64,000 nt of DNA from an uncultured Oscillospiraceae bacterium (GTDB lineage Bacteria; Bacillota; Clostridia; Oscillospirales; Ruminococcaceae). The translations under genes and the position numbers were made by a program. The notes beneath the pieces were generated by a model that was not told the origin of the DNA, made no database searches, and saw only the letters and a program-made list of their open reading frames with translations. Positions 51,365 to 61,414 of the stretch are shown here, one piece after another (position 1 is the first letter of the stretch; each line of letters starts with the position of its first letter). The stretch is from contig CAZYAV010000006.1 in NCBI GenBank assembly GCA_964645785.1, positions 1,327 through 65,326 of the forward strand, read 5' to 3'.

Positions 51365-52638
51365 CGCGCGTCGGCAAAGGGCCGGTAGTTGGGCACCGAG
51401 TTCCAAAAGTCGTCCTTGGCGATAAGGGCAAGGTCAGAAACGGTTACCTTGTGCATGTATTCCGACCCGCCGGGAGCGTAAGCCACCTGCTCCTCAGAGT
51501 GCGTTTGATACTCCACCAGGAAGTCGTGTTCCGTTTCAAGAAAAATCCGAATATAGACATCGCCCAGTTGAACGGTTGGTCTTGTGAGCGTGAGCGTCCC
51601 GGTCTCGCCTGTTTCAAGGTCAACATACAGGCGCTTCACAACCTGAATCTGGACGGGGTCCTCCGACATCTCGCCGCCCTCCGCCGTCTCGTAGACATCC
51701 AGAATCACATGCCCGTCCCACGGCTCCTCGGCGATATAAGCGCCGTACGTTTCAAGATCGAGCACCTCGTTTGTCTCGCCGGTGGCAATGTCGAAGACCG
51801 AGACGCGCCCCGCCTCGTTTTCGCAGAGAACGATCTTTCCGTCACAGACTGCCTTTGTTTGGCTGTGCGCGTCCCACCGCAGAGGCAAGGCCGTTTCTGC
51901 GCCCGTCTCGTCGACAATGCTGAAGCCGTATTCGCTGTCTGTGTCCGTGCTCTTTTGCAGGATCATGCCGTCCTCGCAGACGCCGACCAGAAAGGTGTCG
52001 GTGCCGCTGTCGAGCCCGCGCACCTCGACCAGCTCGCCGTTTTTAAAATCGCTGCGAACCAGCGCGACAGACTCGATTTCCCCCGTGTCGCCGCGGTATT
52101 TCTGCGCGATAAAATACAGCTCGCCGCCGTAGGACGCGACGGCGCTGTACAGCTCGACGCTGTAGCCGCCGGTCAGCGTGATCTCTTTCCTGTCCGACGC
52201 GTCCGGGTTCATCCGCAGCAGCCGCGCGGGGTGCTCGCTGCTGTTTAAGCCGTAGATGAAAACATACAGCGCGTCGTCCGTCGCGATGGGGAAGACGCCG
52301 CCGCTCGTGTCGGCGATCCAGCCCGGGTTCTGCTCGTCGAAGGTCACGTCAAGCTGCGGGGAGAGATAGATCTCCTGCATCGTCCCGTAATCGTGATAGA
52401 CAAGGTGACCTGAGAAATCCTTTCCCGTGTTTTCAACATGATAGGCGCCCTGCCCATTGCCTGAATAAAGCGAAAACCCCCTGCTCGGGGTGACCAGCCG
52501 CCACGTCGGCTCGCCGCCCGGCTGCGCCGACCCGCCCGGAGACGAATTGCCGTCGTCGGGCGCTTTCGCGCGGCAGCTCGTAAACAGCACGGCGCAGACC
52601 AGCAGGAAAACACACAAGCCCCTGAACCTTTTAAACAT
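51361..52638 (-). CDS. lipoprotein with beta-propeller-like repeats, first gene of the ABC operon
   Basis: 425 aa, RBS AGGGAGG, lipobox LFTSC. The repetitive beta-strand-rich sequence suggests a DUF5050-type propeller; family not verified. Confidence 0.7.
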   Translation of the reverse strand: MFKRFRGLCVFLLVCAVLFTSCRAKAPDDGNSSPGGSAQPGGEPTWRLVTPSRGFSLYSGNGQGAYHVENTGKDFSGHLVYHDYGTMQEIYLSPQLDVTFDEQNPGWIADTSGGVFPIATDDALYVFIYGLNSSEHPARLLRMNPDASDRKEITLTGGYSVELYSAVASYGGELYFIAQKYRGDTGEIESVALVRSDFKNGELVEVRGLDSGTDTFLVGVCEDGMILQKSTDTDSEYGFSIVDETGAETALPLRWDAHSQTKAVCDGKIVLCENEAGRVSVFDIATGETNEVLDLETYGAYIAEEPWDGHVILDVYETAEGGEMSEDPVQIQVVKRLYVDLETGETGTLTLTRPTVQLGDVYIRIFLETEHDFLVEYQTHSEEQVAYAPGGSEYMHKVTVSDLALIAKDDFWNSVPNYRPFADAR

Positions 52639-52740
52639 TTTTTCGCACCTCCCTTTTGTTTTTAGGACGTATAGCCGAATGTCCTTTTAAAAGGGAATCC
52701 GGCCATGACAGCGCGTCTTTCACAGCGCGGGTTTACTTCA

Positions 52741-52773
52741 AAAAAGTCGGAGCAAAGCGGACTTTGCTCCGAC
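52741..52773 (-). terminator. intrinsic terminator of ssrA
   Basis: Minus-strand reading: GTCGGAGCAAAGTCCGCTTTGCTCCGAC followed by TTTTT. Confidence 0.75.
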
Positions 52774-52774
52774 A

Positions 52775-53121
52775 TGGTGGAGGCGAGGGGAATTGAACCC
52801 CTGTCCGAAAGTCTATTCACATGGGCATCTCCGGGCGCAGGCTGTCTACAACATTCCCTTGCGCGCAGGCCGGCAGACAGGCCGCGCGCTTGGTAGCTTC
52901 ATTATTACATGGCAGGGCTCAAAGCTTTGCCCCACGCACGTTCACCGCGTAATTTTATGCCGCAGAGACCTACGCGGTCTTGAGAATCTGCGACACGCGG
53001 CTTAAGCCGCGACAGCTAATTGATTGTTGTTAGCTATTTTTAAGTTGGAGAGTGATAAGCGGTTCCCCGCCGCTGCCCGCTTCCCCTGCTTCAAAACCCC
53101 CGTCGAAACCTTTACGCCCCC
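52775..53121 (-). ncRNA. ssrA: tmRNA (SsrA), tag (A)ANNNQLAVAA
   Basis: 5' GGGGGCGTAAAGGTTTCGACGGGGG and 3' GGACAGGGGTTCAATTCCCCTCGCCTCCACCA form a tRNA-Ala-like acceptor with G3:U70. The tag reading frame GCT AAC AAC AAT CAA TTA GCT GTC GCG GCT TAA lies at 53034..53002. smpB is immediately upstream. Confidence 0.95.
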
Positions 53122-53191
53122 ATTTCTGTTGTACGCGATATTGTACCAGCTCTGTGCCGCCGCGTCAAGCGCGGGCTGTCGAATTGCCCGC

Positions 53192-53653
53192 TCAGCGCGC
53201 CTTGATTGCGCGGTCGATGTCCCGGCGCGCCGAGCGTTCGGCGTCCGCGGCACGCTTGTCGTACAGCTTTTTGCCCCTGCAAAGCCCCAGCTGCACCTTG
53301 ACCAGCGAACCCTTGAAATAAATCGAAAGCGGAATGAGGGTCAGCCCCTCCTGCTTGATTTTGCCGAACAGGCGCATAATCTCCCGCTTGTGCATCAGCA
53401 GGCGGCGTTCGCGCAGCGGATCCTTGTTGAAAATGTTCCCCTTCTCATAGGGGCTGATGTGCATCCCCTGCACCAGCAGCTCCCCGTTCTGGATATCCAC
53501 CCAGCTCTCCTTGAGATTGACCGCGCCCTGGCGAATGGACTTCACCTCTGTGCCCGAAAGCTCGATGCCCGCCTCAAAGCTCTCCAGGACAAAATACTCG
53601 TGCCGCGCCTTGCGGTTTTCCGCAATTGTTTTAAAATTCCGTTTTTCGGGCAT
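53192..53653 (-). CDS. smpB: SsrA-binding protein
   Basis: 153 aa; ...[32 protein letters not shown]... is the canonical SmpB sequence. Confidence 0.95.
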   Translation of the reverse strand: MPEKRNFKTIAENRKARHEYFVLESFEAGIELSGTEVKSIRQGAVNLKESWVDIQNGELLVQGMHISPYEKGNIFNKDPLRERRLLMHKREIMRLFGKIKQEGLTLIPLSIYFKGSLVKVQLGLCRGKKLYDKRAADAERSARRDIDRAIKAR

Positions 53654-53691
53654 CCCGTCCCCTCCTTCTTTCTGCGGTCATTTTTTTACGC

Positions 53692-54291
53692 TCACAGCTC
53701 GCTGCGTCCCTCAAGCGCGCGGTACAGGGTCACCTCGTCCGCGTATTCCAGATTGCCGCCAACCGGCATCCCGTAGGCCAGCCGGGTCACCTTGACCCCC
53801 AGCGGCTTAATCAGCCGGCTGATGTAGATTGCCGTCGATTCCCCCTCGACCGTCGGGTTGGTCGCCATAATGATCTCTTTTGTCCGGTCATCCGCCGCGC
53901 GGCGGACGAGATCCTTGATATAGAGCTGCTCGGGGCCTACCCCGTCCATCGGGGAAATCAGGCCGTGCAGCACGTGATAAAGCCCCTTGTACTCTCTCGT
54001 CTTTTCAATCGCGTTCACGTCCCGCGGGCTCTCCACCACACAGATGATGGAGGCGTCCCTGCCCGGGTCGCCGCACACCGAGCACAGCCCGGCGTCGGTC
54101 AGGTTATGGCAGGTGGGGCACTGGTGCACCTTTTCATGCGCGTCCAGAATGGCGCGCGCAAACGCCTCCGCCTCCGGCTTGTCCAGTGCGAGGATCCAGT
54201 AGGCGAGCCGCGCGGCCGTCTTGCGCCCGATGCCGGGCAGGGACGCAAATTTATCAATCAGCGTTTCAAGCGAGGGTATGCGGTTTGCCAT
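53692..54291 (-). CDS. recR: recombination protein RecR
   Basis: 199 aa. HhH LPGIGRKTAARLAYWIL, zinc finger CPTCHNLTDAGLCSVC, Toprim ICVVESPRDV. Confidence 0.95.
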   Translation of the reverse strand: MANRIPSLETLIDKFASLPGIGRKTAARLAYWILALDKPEAEAFARAILDAHEKVHQCPTCHNLTDAGLCSVCGDPGRDASIICVVESPRDVNAIEKTREYKGLYHVLHGLISPMDGVGPEQLYIKDLVRRAADDRTKEIIMATNPTVEGESTAIYISRLIKPLGVKVTRLAYGMPVGGNLEYADEVTLYRALEGRSEL

Positions 54292-54294
54292 CGC

Positions 54295-54636
54295 TTATCC
54301 CATCAGCCCCGGAATATTCAGCCCGCCCGTAATGGCGCCAAGCTCCTTTTCCGAGTCCTCCGACGCCGCCGTGATCGCCGCGTTGACCGCCGCCGCAACG
54401 AGGTCGCCGAGCATTTCGGCGTCGTCCGGGTCAATCACCTCGGGCTTAATCTCGACCTTGAGCACCGTGTGGTCGCCCTTGACCGTTGCCGCGACCATCG
54501 CGCCGCCCGCCGTGCCCGTATACTCCCGCTCGGCCAGCTCGGCCTGCATGTTGGCCATATCCTCCTGCATTTTCTGCACCTGCTTGAGCATATCGCCCCG
54601 GCTCTGGCCGTACCCCTGTGGAAGTCTCGCTTTCAT
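54295..54636 (-). CDS. ybaB: YbaB/EbfC nucleoid-associated protein
   Basis: 113 aa, ...MLKQVQKMQEDMANMQAELAEREY.... Conserved dnaX-ybaB-recR synteny. Confidence 0.9.
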   Translation of the reverse strand: MKARLPQGYGQSRGDMLKQVQKMQEDMANMQAELAEREYTGTAGGAMVAATVKGDHTVLKVEIKPEVIDPDDAEMLGDLVAAAVNAAITAASEDSEKELGAITGGLNIPGLMG

Positions 54637-54652
54637 TCTTTATGCTCCTTCA

Positions 54653-56242
54653 TCATTGTGTTTGCCGAACCTCAACCTCAACGCCGTTTTCCCGCGCGCG
54701 CGCAATCAGGCCGTCCAGCGGCGACGCCGCATCCGCCTGCTGCTTTGCGGCGGCGTATTTTTCCGGGTCGTAGGGACCAATCGGCAGCGAAATCCCCGCG
54801 ACCTCCTGAATTGCCCGCTTGATCTGTTCCTTGGAATCCGCATGTTCCCGGACATACTGCATAAACAGCGCCTGCGCCTCAATCAGCACATGGCTCGCCG
54901 TCAGGTAGGCGTTGGAATGCTGCAAAAAGCCGTAGAGCATCCCGTTTTTGTTTTTCAGGCTCTCCACCACCTGCGGCCACGCCTCAAACGGCTGTGCGCC
55001 GCCTGCGGGCTTCTGCCCCTCCGCCTCCCGCGGCGCGGGCTTGTCCCGGGTTTCCGGCCGGCCGGGTATCGCGGCGGCCGCGGCCTGCGCGGCCGCGGCC
55101 TGCGCGGGCGCGGGGTGTGCCGCGGGGGGCGGCGCCTGCCGCAGGGGGGTAGCCGCGTCGGTCTCCTGCGCGCCGCAGAGCTTAATCAGCATCAGCTCAA
55201 CCGGCAGCATCCGATCGCTCGCCGAGGCCAGTCTGTCCGCCGTCTCCCCCATAATCCGCAGCATCCACAGCAGCTTCTCGGGCGCAAACCGCCCGCTCTG
55301 CTGCCGGTAACGCTCGATTTCCTCGTCGGTGCAGTCGCGCAGCGCGGCGCGCCCCGCCAGCTGCACCATCAGCAGGTTGCGCATATGCCGGATAAGCTCG
55401 GTGCACAGCCGCGTCGGGTCGAGGGAATTTTCATACAGCTCCCCCAGCTTGACAAACGCGCCGCGCAGGTCGCCGCCCCCGATGCAGTCGGCCAGCTCAA
55501 ACAGGTAATCCCGGTTGGCAAGGCCGGTCAGCCGCGCGACCGTCTGCTCGTCGATCCGCCCGCCCAGCGACGCGCAGGTGTCCAGCAGGGACAACGCGTC
55601 CCGCATCGCCCCGTCGGCCAGCCGCGCAAGCAGCGCCGCCCCCTCGGGCGCAAGGTCGATATCCTCCAGCGCGGCGATGTGCAGCAGATGCGCGGTGATG
55701 TCGGATTGCGAAATGCGCTTTAAGTCAAACCGCTGGCAGCGGGAAAGGATGGTGGTCGGCACCTTGTGAATCTCGGTCGTCGCCAGAATAAAGAGGACAT
55801 GCGCGGGGGGCTCTTCCATAATCTTGAGCAGCGCGTTGAACGCCTCTTTGGTGAGCATATGCACCTCGTCGATGATGTAGACCCGCATCCGGCAGACGGC
55901 GGGCGCATACGCCGTCTCGTCCCGCAGCTCCCGGATGTTGTCCACTCCGCTGTTGGAGGCGGCGTCGATCTCGGTCACGTCCAGGATACTGCCGTCGTCG
56001 ATGCCGCGGCAGATGTCGCATTCGCAGCAGGGCTCCCCGTCCGCCGCATTGGGGCAGTTGACCGCCTTTGCCAGGATGCGCGCAAAGGAGGTTTTCCCGG
56101 TTCCCCGGATACCGGTGAAAATATAGCTGTGCCCCAGCTTGCCGCTGCGGATCTGGTTTTTGAGCGCGGCGGCGACGTCCTGCTGGCCAATCACGTCCGA
56201 CAGCCGCTTGGAGCGGTATTTGCGGTAAAGTGCGGTTTTCAA
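54653..56242 (-). CDS. dnaX: DNA polymerase III subunits gamma/tau
   Basis: ORF 54653..56266. The TTG at 56242 (LKTALYRKYRSKRLSDVIGQ) has the better RBS (AAGGGGG). Walker A GIRGTGKTS, zinc module CCECDIC. Confidence 0.9.
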   Translation of the reverse strand: MKTALYRKYRSKRLSDVIGQQDVAAALKNQIRSGKLGHSYIFTGIRGTGKTSFARILAKAVNCPNAADGEPCCECDICRGIDDGSILDVTEIDAASNSGVDNIRELRDETAYAPAVCRMRVYIIDEVHMLTKEAFNALLKIMEEPPAHVLFILATTEIHKVPTTILSRCQRFDLKRISQSDITAHLLHIAALEDIDLAPEGAALLARLADGAMRDALSLLDTCASLGGRIDEQTVARLTGLANRDYLFELADCIGGGDLRGAFVKLGELYENSLDPTRLCTELIRHMRNLLMVQLAGRAALRDCTDEEIERYRQQSGRFAPEKLLWMLRIMGETADRLASASDRMLPVELMLIKLCGAQETDAATPLRQAPPPAAHPAPAQAAAAQAAAAAIPGRPETRDKPAPREAEGQKPAGGAQPFEAWPQVVESLKNKNGMLYGFLQHSNAYLTASHVLIEAQALFMQYVREHADSKEQIKRAIQEVAGISLPIGPYDPEKYAAAKQQADAASPLDGLIARARENGVEVEVRQTQ

Positions 56243-56270
56243 TCCGGTTCGCCCCCTTTCCCTCACGGTC

Positions 56271-56433
56271 GAAAAACGACAGCACGGTTTTGAAGCATAA
56301 AGACGGGCAAAGTGGGCTGCGGCACATGAAGATTCCGCTTAATGCTGCTTGGTTCCCCACCTGACATGGTTCACGGAGCTTGCATCGCGCAGGCTTCACC
56401 CGTCTTTATACCGCAAAGCGGCGCTGTCATTCC
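56271..56433 (-). ncRNA. ffs: signal recognition particle RNA (ffs/scRNA); ends approximate
   Basis: The minus strand contains GTGAACCATGTCAGGTGGGGAACCAAGCAGCATTAAGCGGAATCTTCATGTGCCGCAG, closely matching the Bacillus scRNA domain IV (CATGAACCATGTCAGGTCCGGAAGGAAGCAGCATTAAG...CATGTGCCGCAG). It is enclosed by the ATAAAGACGGG/CCCGTCTTTAT helix. Promoter TTGCTT-17-TATACT (56468..56440), T-run at 56275..56271. Classic position just upstream of dnaX. Confidence 0.85.
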
Positions 56434-56601
56434 TCATATAGTATAGCCAAATCCGCGCCTAAAAGCAACTGTTTTTTCCTCCCGGCGCTTTGGCGGCGCC
56501 GCGCCGCCCGGCCGCGCGGAATTCTCGCCCGGCTTCAAAGCTCGTCTGCTCACCCGCTTTCTGCGGCGGCGCGCCGTTTTGGGCAGGCGTCGCCCTGCGG
56601 C

Positions 56602-57090
56602 TCAGCGCGGCGCGCGGTCAAACCGGCAGACCATGACAGCCTCCGGCCCCTTCTGCGCAACCGGCACAAAGCCCGCGCGCCGGTACAGCCGCACCGCGGG
56701 GTTGTCCGTTTGAACCGAGAGGGAGACCTGCCGGTAGCCTTTTTCGCGCAGGCGGCGCAGCAGCGCGCCGAGCAGCGCCGTGCCGATTCCGCGGCCGCGG
56801 TATTCCGGCAGCAGCGCGATGGCGAGCGACGGCGTGCCGTCATCGACATAGCCGTAATCCCGCATCCTGCGCGCCCACGCCGCGCCGACCGTGCGCCCGT
56901 CCAGTTGCGCCGCAAGGCCAAAGTCGTCCGCACGCGCGCCGAAATCCGCCACATACACCTGCAGCTCCGGCCGCTCGAGAATCGACCGGGGCGGCGCGGG
57001 CACGCCCGGCGGCACAAAGATCGCCTCGTACAAAAAGCGGTCGAGCAGCGCCCGCTCTCCGGCGGCAATCTCTCTGAACGTGCAGATCAT
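56602..57090 (-). CDS. GNAT family N-acetyltransferase
   Basis: Subset of ORF 56602..57591. The ATG at 57090 is preceded by GAGGGAGGGA. Acetyl-CoA motif LLPEYRGRGIGTALLGALL. Confidence 0.85.
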   Translation of the reverse strand: MICTFREIAAGERALLDRFLYEAIFVPPGVPAPPRSILERPELQVYVADFGARADDFGLAAQLDGRTVGAAWARRMRDYGYVDDGTPSLAIALLPEYRGRGIGTALLGALLRRLREKGYRQVSLSVQTDNPAVRLYRRAGFVPVAQKGPEAVMVCRFDRAPR

Positions 57091-57709
57091 CCGCGTCCCT
57101 CCCTCTGCTCCTCTCAACAAGCGTGCGGCCTCCCTGTTCGGAGCGAAATGTTCCAAAGCTCCCACCCCGCTGCGGCCGTTTCTCCCGGCGAGCCGCCGGG
57201 GGTCGCGCGCTCCCCGACACGGGCACAAAGCCTCGCCGCTGTCCCCCAGCTCATCCGGACAGACCCGCGCGGCCGCGGCGGCAAAAGGCGGCGCGCGGAA
57301 AGCGGGCGGCGCACCGCTCCTCGGAGCCCTTTCCGGCCGCTTTGCGGCGCTCCCCCCGCTTTTGCCCGCAAGCGGGATAAAGCGGATTGGCCGGGTCAAT
57401 CCATTGGGATTCCCCTTTTCTTCCCCTGACTGTCCTGACTGCGCGGGCAGCCGCAGGGGCAATTCCAATATCCCCCTCTGCCTTATTTGCACAGATGGAG
57501 CATTGCAGGCCATGCACCGGTCTGCACCCGGTTGGGATGCGCCGGCAGCCATGCCGCGCCGCCGGCAGCGCCCGAAAGGGTCAGGCAGCATCCCAAAACG
57601 AATGATTCATCCTTCCCCGCGCATCAAATCCCGGTTTGTCAATCCGCTGGGCGCTTGTACCCACGGCGTTTCCGGTGCAGGGGCGCTTTTCCGCCGCTCC
57701 CTTCCGGTA

Positions 57710-57748
57710 AGGCAAAAGGCGTGACCGCTTTCGACACGCTTTTTGCCT
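57710..57748. terminator. long hairpin (14-bp stem) downstream of pduL, terminator-like
   Basis: AGGCAAAAGGCGTG / CACGCTTTTTGCCT with an 11-nt loop and one G-U pair. The T-run is embedded in the stem. Confidence 0.4.
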
Positions 57749-57811
57749 GTTATGGTGCCTTTGCGCGGCGCCCTAAGCCGCGCGCCGCGCCCTTTTTATG
57801 CATGGCTACGC

Positions 57812-58387
57812 TTATTTGATAATCTCGGCGTAGACGTCCTTGCCGACACAGGCCGCGTTGCCCTCGTCGGTGTCGATGTGCATCGCGGGCGCGTATTTGT
57901 CGCTGACACGCACAACCACGTCCCCAAAGATGAGCGAGCGGCCGTCGGTGTCAATTTTGGTGCTGACCACCTGCTTGTCGCGCAGGCCGAATTTCTCGGC
58001 GGTCGCGGTGTCGAGGTGGATGTGGCGTTTGGCGGCGATGACCCCCTCGGCAAGCTCAATCTCGCCCGCCGGCCCAATCAGCTTGCAGGAGCCCGAACCG
58101 GCAAGGTCGCCCGACTCCCGAATCGGCGCGTTGACGCCGATGCTGCGCGCGTCGGTCAGCGAAACCTCCACCTGGGACGCGGGGCGAACCGGCCCGAGGA
58201 TGGAGACGCCCGCCAGCTCCTTTTTGGAGCCGACAATGGTCAGCCGCTCCTCACAGGCAAACTGCCCCGGCTGCGAGAGGTTCTTTTTGGGTGTGAGTTT
58301 ATAGTCCTTCTGCCCAAACAGGATGTCCAGATGCTCCTGCGTCAGGTGAATGTGTCTTGCGGAAATTTCAACAAGTACCTTATCCAT
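57812..58387 (-). CDS. pduL: phosphate propanoyltransferase (PduL-type phosphotransacylase)
   Basis: 191 aa. Duplicated ISARHIHL / AKRHIHL motifs typical of PduL. Confidence 0.9.
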   Translation of the reverse strand: MDKVLVEISARHIHLTQEHLDILFGQKDYKLTPKKNLSQPGQFACEERLTIVGSKKELAGVSILGPVRPASQVEVSLTDARSIGVNAPIRESGDLAGSGSCKLIGPAGEIELAEGVIAAKRHIHLDTATAEKFGLRDKQVVSTKIDTDGRSLIFGDVVVRVSDKYAPAMHIDTDEGNAACVGKDVYAEIIK

Positions 58388-58562
58388 TTTAAACTCCTTT
58401 TGTGATTTGATTGGTTTCTACCCATATTTTACCGCGAATACCCGGCCGTTTCAAGGGCTAAATCCCCCGCCCGGCCGCGGCCGCTTTGCCGTCCGCGCCG
58501 CCTGTCTCCCGCAAAGGATACGCCCCCGCCGGAACCGGCCGCAGCGGCGGGCAGCCCGCCGC

Positions 58563-59669
58563 TCACTTCACGGTGACAAGCTCGTAGGCCATCGAGCCGA
58601 CCCCGATTTTTTCCGCGTGCTCCAGGCAGCTGTACCAGTTGGTGGTCGGCGCGATTGCCTTGAAGTGATCCGCGCACTCGTCCGCGTGCTCGCCCAGCAG
58701 GCTGTCCTCATAGGGGGGCATCGTGTTGCAGGCGTCCGTGCACGCGTGGTCGAGCGCAACCGGGTCAAACGACGCAAACATGCCGACGTCGGGGATAATC
58801 GCCACGTCGTTGCTGGCGTGGCAGTCGCAGAACGGGGAAATGTCGATGGCAAGCGAGATGTGGAAATTCGGCCGGTTCTGCACCACCGCCTTGGCATATT
58901 CCGCCATGCGGCAGTTGAGCAGGTCGTTCGCGTTCGGGTTTGTCGGCGTAATCGCATGCTTGGGGCAGACGCCGATGCAGCGGCCGCAGCCGGCGCACTT
59001 TGCTTCGTTGATTTTGGCCTTGCGCTCGACAATCTCGATGGCGTTCTGCCCGCAGGCGCGCAGGCAGCTCTTGCAGCCGATGCAGTTGTCCCGGTCAACA
59101 ACCGGCTTGCCGCCGTAGTGCATCTCCATTTTTCCGGCGCGGGAGCCGCACCCCATGCCGAGATTCTTCAGCGCGCCGCCGATGCCGGTCGCCTCGTGCG
59201 CCTTGAAGTGGTTGAGCGAAATCACCACGTCCGCGTCCATGACCGCGCGGCCGATTTTCGCGGCCTTGACATATTCCCCGTCAACCGGAACCTCCACGTC
59301 GTCCGTGCCCTTGAGCCCGTCCGCGATGATGACATGGCAGCCCACCGAAAGCGGGTTGTACCCGTGCGCATACGCGCACTCAAGGTGGTCGAGCGCATTC
59401 GTCCGATAGCCGACATACAGGGTATTCGCGTCGGTCAAAAAGGGCTTACCGCCCCGCTCCTTGATCATCTCGACCAGCGCGCGGGCGTAGTTGTGGCGCA
59501 GATACGCGAGGTTGCCCTCCTCGCCAAAATGGATTTTCACCGCGACGTATTTGTTTTTGAGATCCAGCTCGTCAAAGCCAGCCCTGACAATCAGCCGCTT
59601 GAATTTGTCGAGCACGCTCTCGGTATCCCGGGTGCGCATATTGGTAAAATAAACCTTGCTTGCCTCCAT
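58563..59669 (-). CDS. DUF362 domain protein with 2x[4Fe-4S] ferredoxin insert
   Basis: 368 aa. CIGCKSCLRAC and CAGCGRCIGVCP clusters inside a DUF362-type scaffold. Confidence 0.85.
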   Translation of the reverse strand: MEASKVYFTNMRTRDTESVLDKFKRLIVRAGFDELDLKNKYVAVKIHFGEEGNLAYLRHNYARALVEMIKERGGKPFLTDANTLYVGYRTNALDHLECAYAHGYNPLSVGCHVIIADGLKGTDDVEVPVDGEYVKAAKIGRAVMDADVVISLNHFKAHEATGIGGALKNLGMGCGSRAGKMEMHYGGKPVVDRDNCIGCKSCLRACGQNAIEIVERKAKINEAKCAGCGRCIGVCPKHAITPTNPNANDLLNCRMAEYAKAVVQNRPNFHISLAIDISPFCDCHASNDVAIIPDVGMFASFDPVALDHACTDACNTMPPYEDSLLGEHADECADHFKAIAPTTNWYSCLEHAEKIGVGSMAYELVTVK

Positions 59670-59829
59670 GGCTGCATTCTCTCCAATCCTGATGTTGTTT
59701 GCCGTCTGTTTTTTTCAGTATAGCATGAATCCGCCCGCGCGTAAATGCCGCCCGCCGCATCGCCGCCAAACCCAAAAGAAGCCGGCAGGCGGGAACCCGC
59801 CTGCCGGCACGGCGCGCAGCTTGGGACAC

Positions 59830-60909
59830 TCAGGCAAGGCCGAGGCTCGCCAGCACCTCGCGCTCCTTCTCCCGCACACGTTCAAAGTCGATGTTCCCCT
59901 TGTACACTGCCTCGATCCTGTCGTGTACACCTTTCGCCTCCGCCAGCAGATCGCTCGCCTGCGCCAGCAGATCCAGCGCGGCGCGGCGGGAAAAGCTCAG
60001 GCGGTTTTTGCTTTCGGCCAGCTTCTCCCGGTCGTAAAACCGCTGCATCCCGACCTTTTTCGCGCCGTCAATCCGCACCGGCGCAAAATAACTGCTCAGG
60101 GTGAAGCAGAGCGACAGGGACGGAATCTCCAGCGCCTCAAGCCTGTCATACGGCGACATGGGGCTTCGGCTCTCCACCACGTCGCACCCCGCCGCAAGCG
60201 CCGCGTCGCGAAGTTTTGTCAGCAGCAGATGACCCGCCGCACCGTGCCGGTCGTCCAGCAGATAAACCGTCTCGCTGTTCGCCGAATTGTCCCGCGCATA
60301 ACTCACGATTCCCTTGGGGGTGACGGCGCTTGTCAGCCGCAGCGTCGCGGTTCCCTGCCCGCCGCCCGCCGCCGGCAGCAGCCTTTTGGCAAGCGAGCGC
60401 GCGTATTTTTCCAGCTTCGGCTCCAGCACCCACCGCGCCGCGCCGCGCTCCGCGTCCAGATACAGCGCGCCGGCCGCGCTGACAAACCGCGCCGCCCGCT
60501 CGTGCAGCGCCGCGTTCGCGGCAAACAGGTCGCGCAGCGTCTCAAAGCTGCCGGTCAGCGCCTGCCGGTCGATCGTGTCGTACAGCGAGACAACCTCCTG
60601 CTTTGCGGCCGGGATGGCGGGCTCCAGCACGTGCGGCGCGGTGCCGTCCACAATCGCGAAGCCGAGCGCGCGGCAGATTACCCCGTCAAGGGAATCCGGG
60701 TCGCTCGAGCAGTGGATAAACTCGACCGACAGCCCCTCCTTGATAATCCGCGCCGCAATGCGCCGCATCATGGTCGATTTGCCGCATCCCGGCCCGCTCT
60801 TGATGATGTACGTCCGGATTGGGGACGCGTTGTCGCACAGCTGCGAAAAAAAGTTTGCAAATCCGCAGGGCGCGGTCGCGCCCAAAAAATAGTCGTAGTA
60901 TTTTTGCAC
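59830..60909 (-). CDS. P-loop ATPase of unknown function
   Basis: 359 aa, Walker A SGPGCGKST near the N-terminus. No further family recognised. Confidence 0.7.
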   Translation of the reverse strand: MQKYYDYFLGATAPCGFANFFSQLCDNASPIRTYIIKSGPGCGKSTMMRRIAARIIKEGLSVEFIHCSSDPDSLDGVICRALGFAIVDGTAPHVLEPAIPAAKQEVVSLYDTIDRQALTGSFETLRDLFAANAALHERAARFVSAAGALYLDAERGAARWVLEPKLEKYARSLAKRLLPAAGGGQGTATLRLTSAVTPKGIVSYARDNSANSETVYLLDDRHGAAGHLLLTKLRDAALAAGCDVVESRSPMSPYDRLEALEIPSLSLCFTLSSYFAPVRIDGAKKVGMQRFYDREKLAESKNRLSFSRRAALDLLAQASDLLAEAKGVHDRIEAVYKGNIDFERVREKEREVLASLGLA

Positions 60910-61298
60910 TCAAAAACGCCTCCTTTCACGCCATGTTATGAAAAGAGGCGCCTGTTTGCTACAGTTTTGCGGCCAATCCCCGGCCATTCCGCCGAACGCG
61001 ACGAGGGCGACCGCCCGCGGATTACCCCGTCCCGCCGCCCCGCCGCAGGGCGCGGGTTTTGTCCGCAGGCTTTCCTGCGCCGCGCATTCCCCATTCCCGC
61101 CCCGCACGCGGTGCCGGGGAGTTTCGGCAGCGGCGCCCGGCGCAAGGGGCTGCTTGCCGCCGTCTGCATTTTGTCCGCGCTATATTCCCTCTCACGGCGC
61201 CGGCTGGGCGCTTTTGCAGCGTCGCTCGGGTCGAGCCGCCGCCTCGGGGCTTCAAAGCGGCCGGCGCGTCCTGCGGCGATGCAGCCCGTTTGGAGGAA

Positions 61299-61336
61299 GC
61301 AAAAGCGGCGGTTCCCGCAGGAGCCGCCGCCTGTTT
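61299..61336 (-). terminator. intrinsic terminator after ybjQ
   Basis: Stem GCGGCGG/CCGCCGC. T-runs on both strands. Confidence 0.6.
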
Positions 61337-61414
61337 TCGCAATCCTCCAATAAACCGCGCCGCCGCAGAGCCGCGGGCTCCCCAGCCCCGCCGCCCTGCC
61401 CGGCAGCCCGGCGC

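Noticed and set aside
54653-56266. Programmed -1 frameshift site in dnaX (gamma/tau)
   Set aside because: No A AAA AAG-type slippery heptamer with a downstream hairpin was seen when reading the gene. Gamma/tau production by frameshifting is not established for this lineage.
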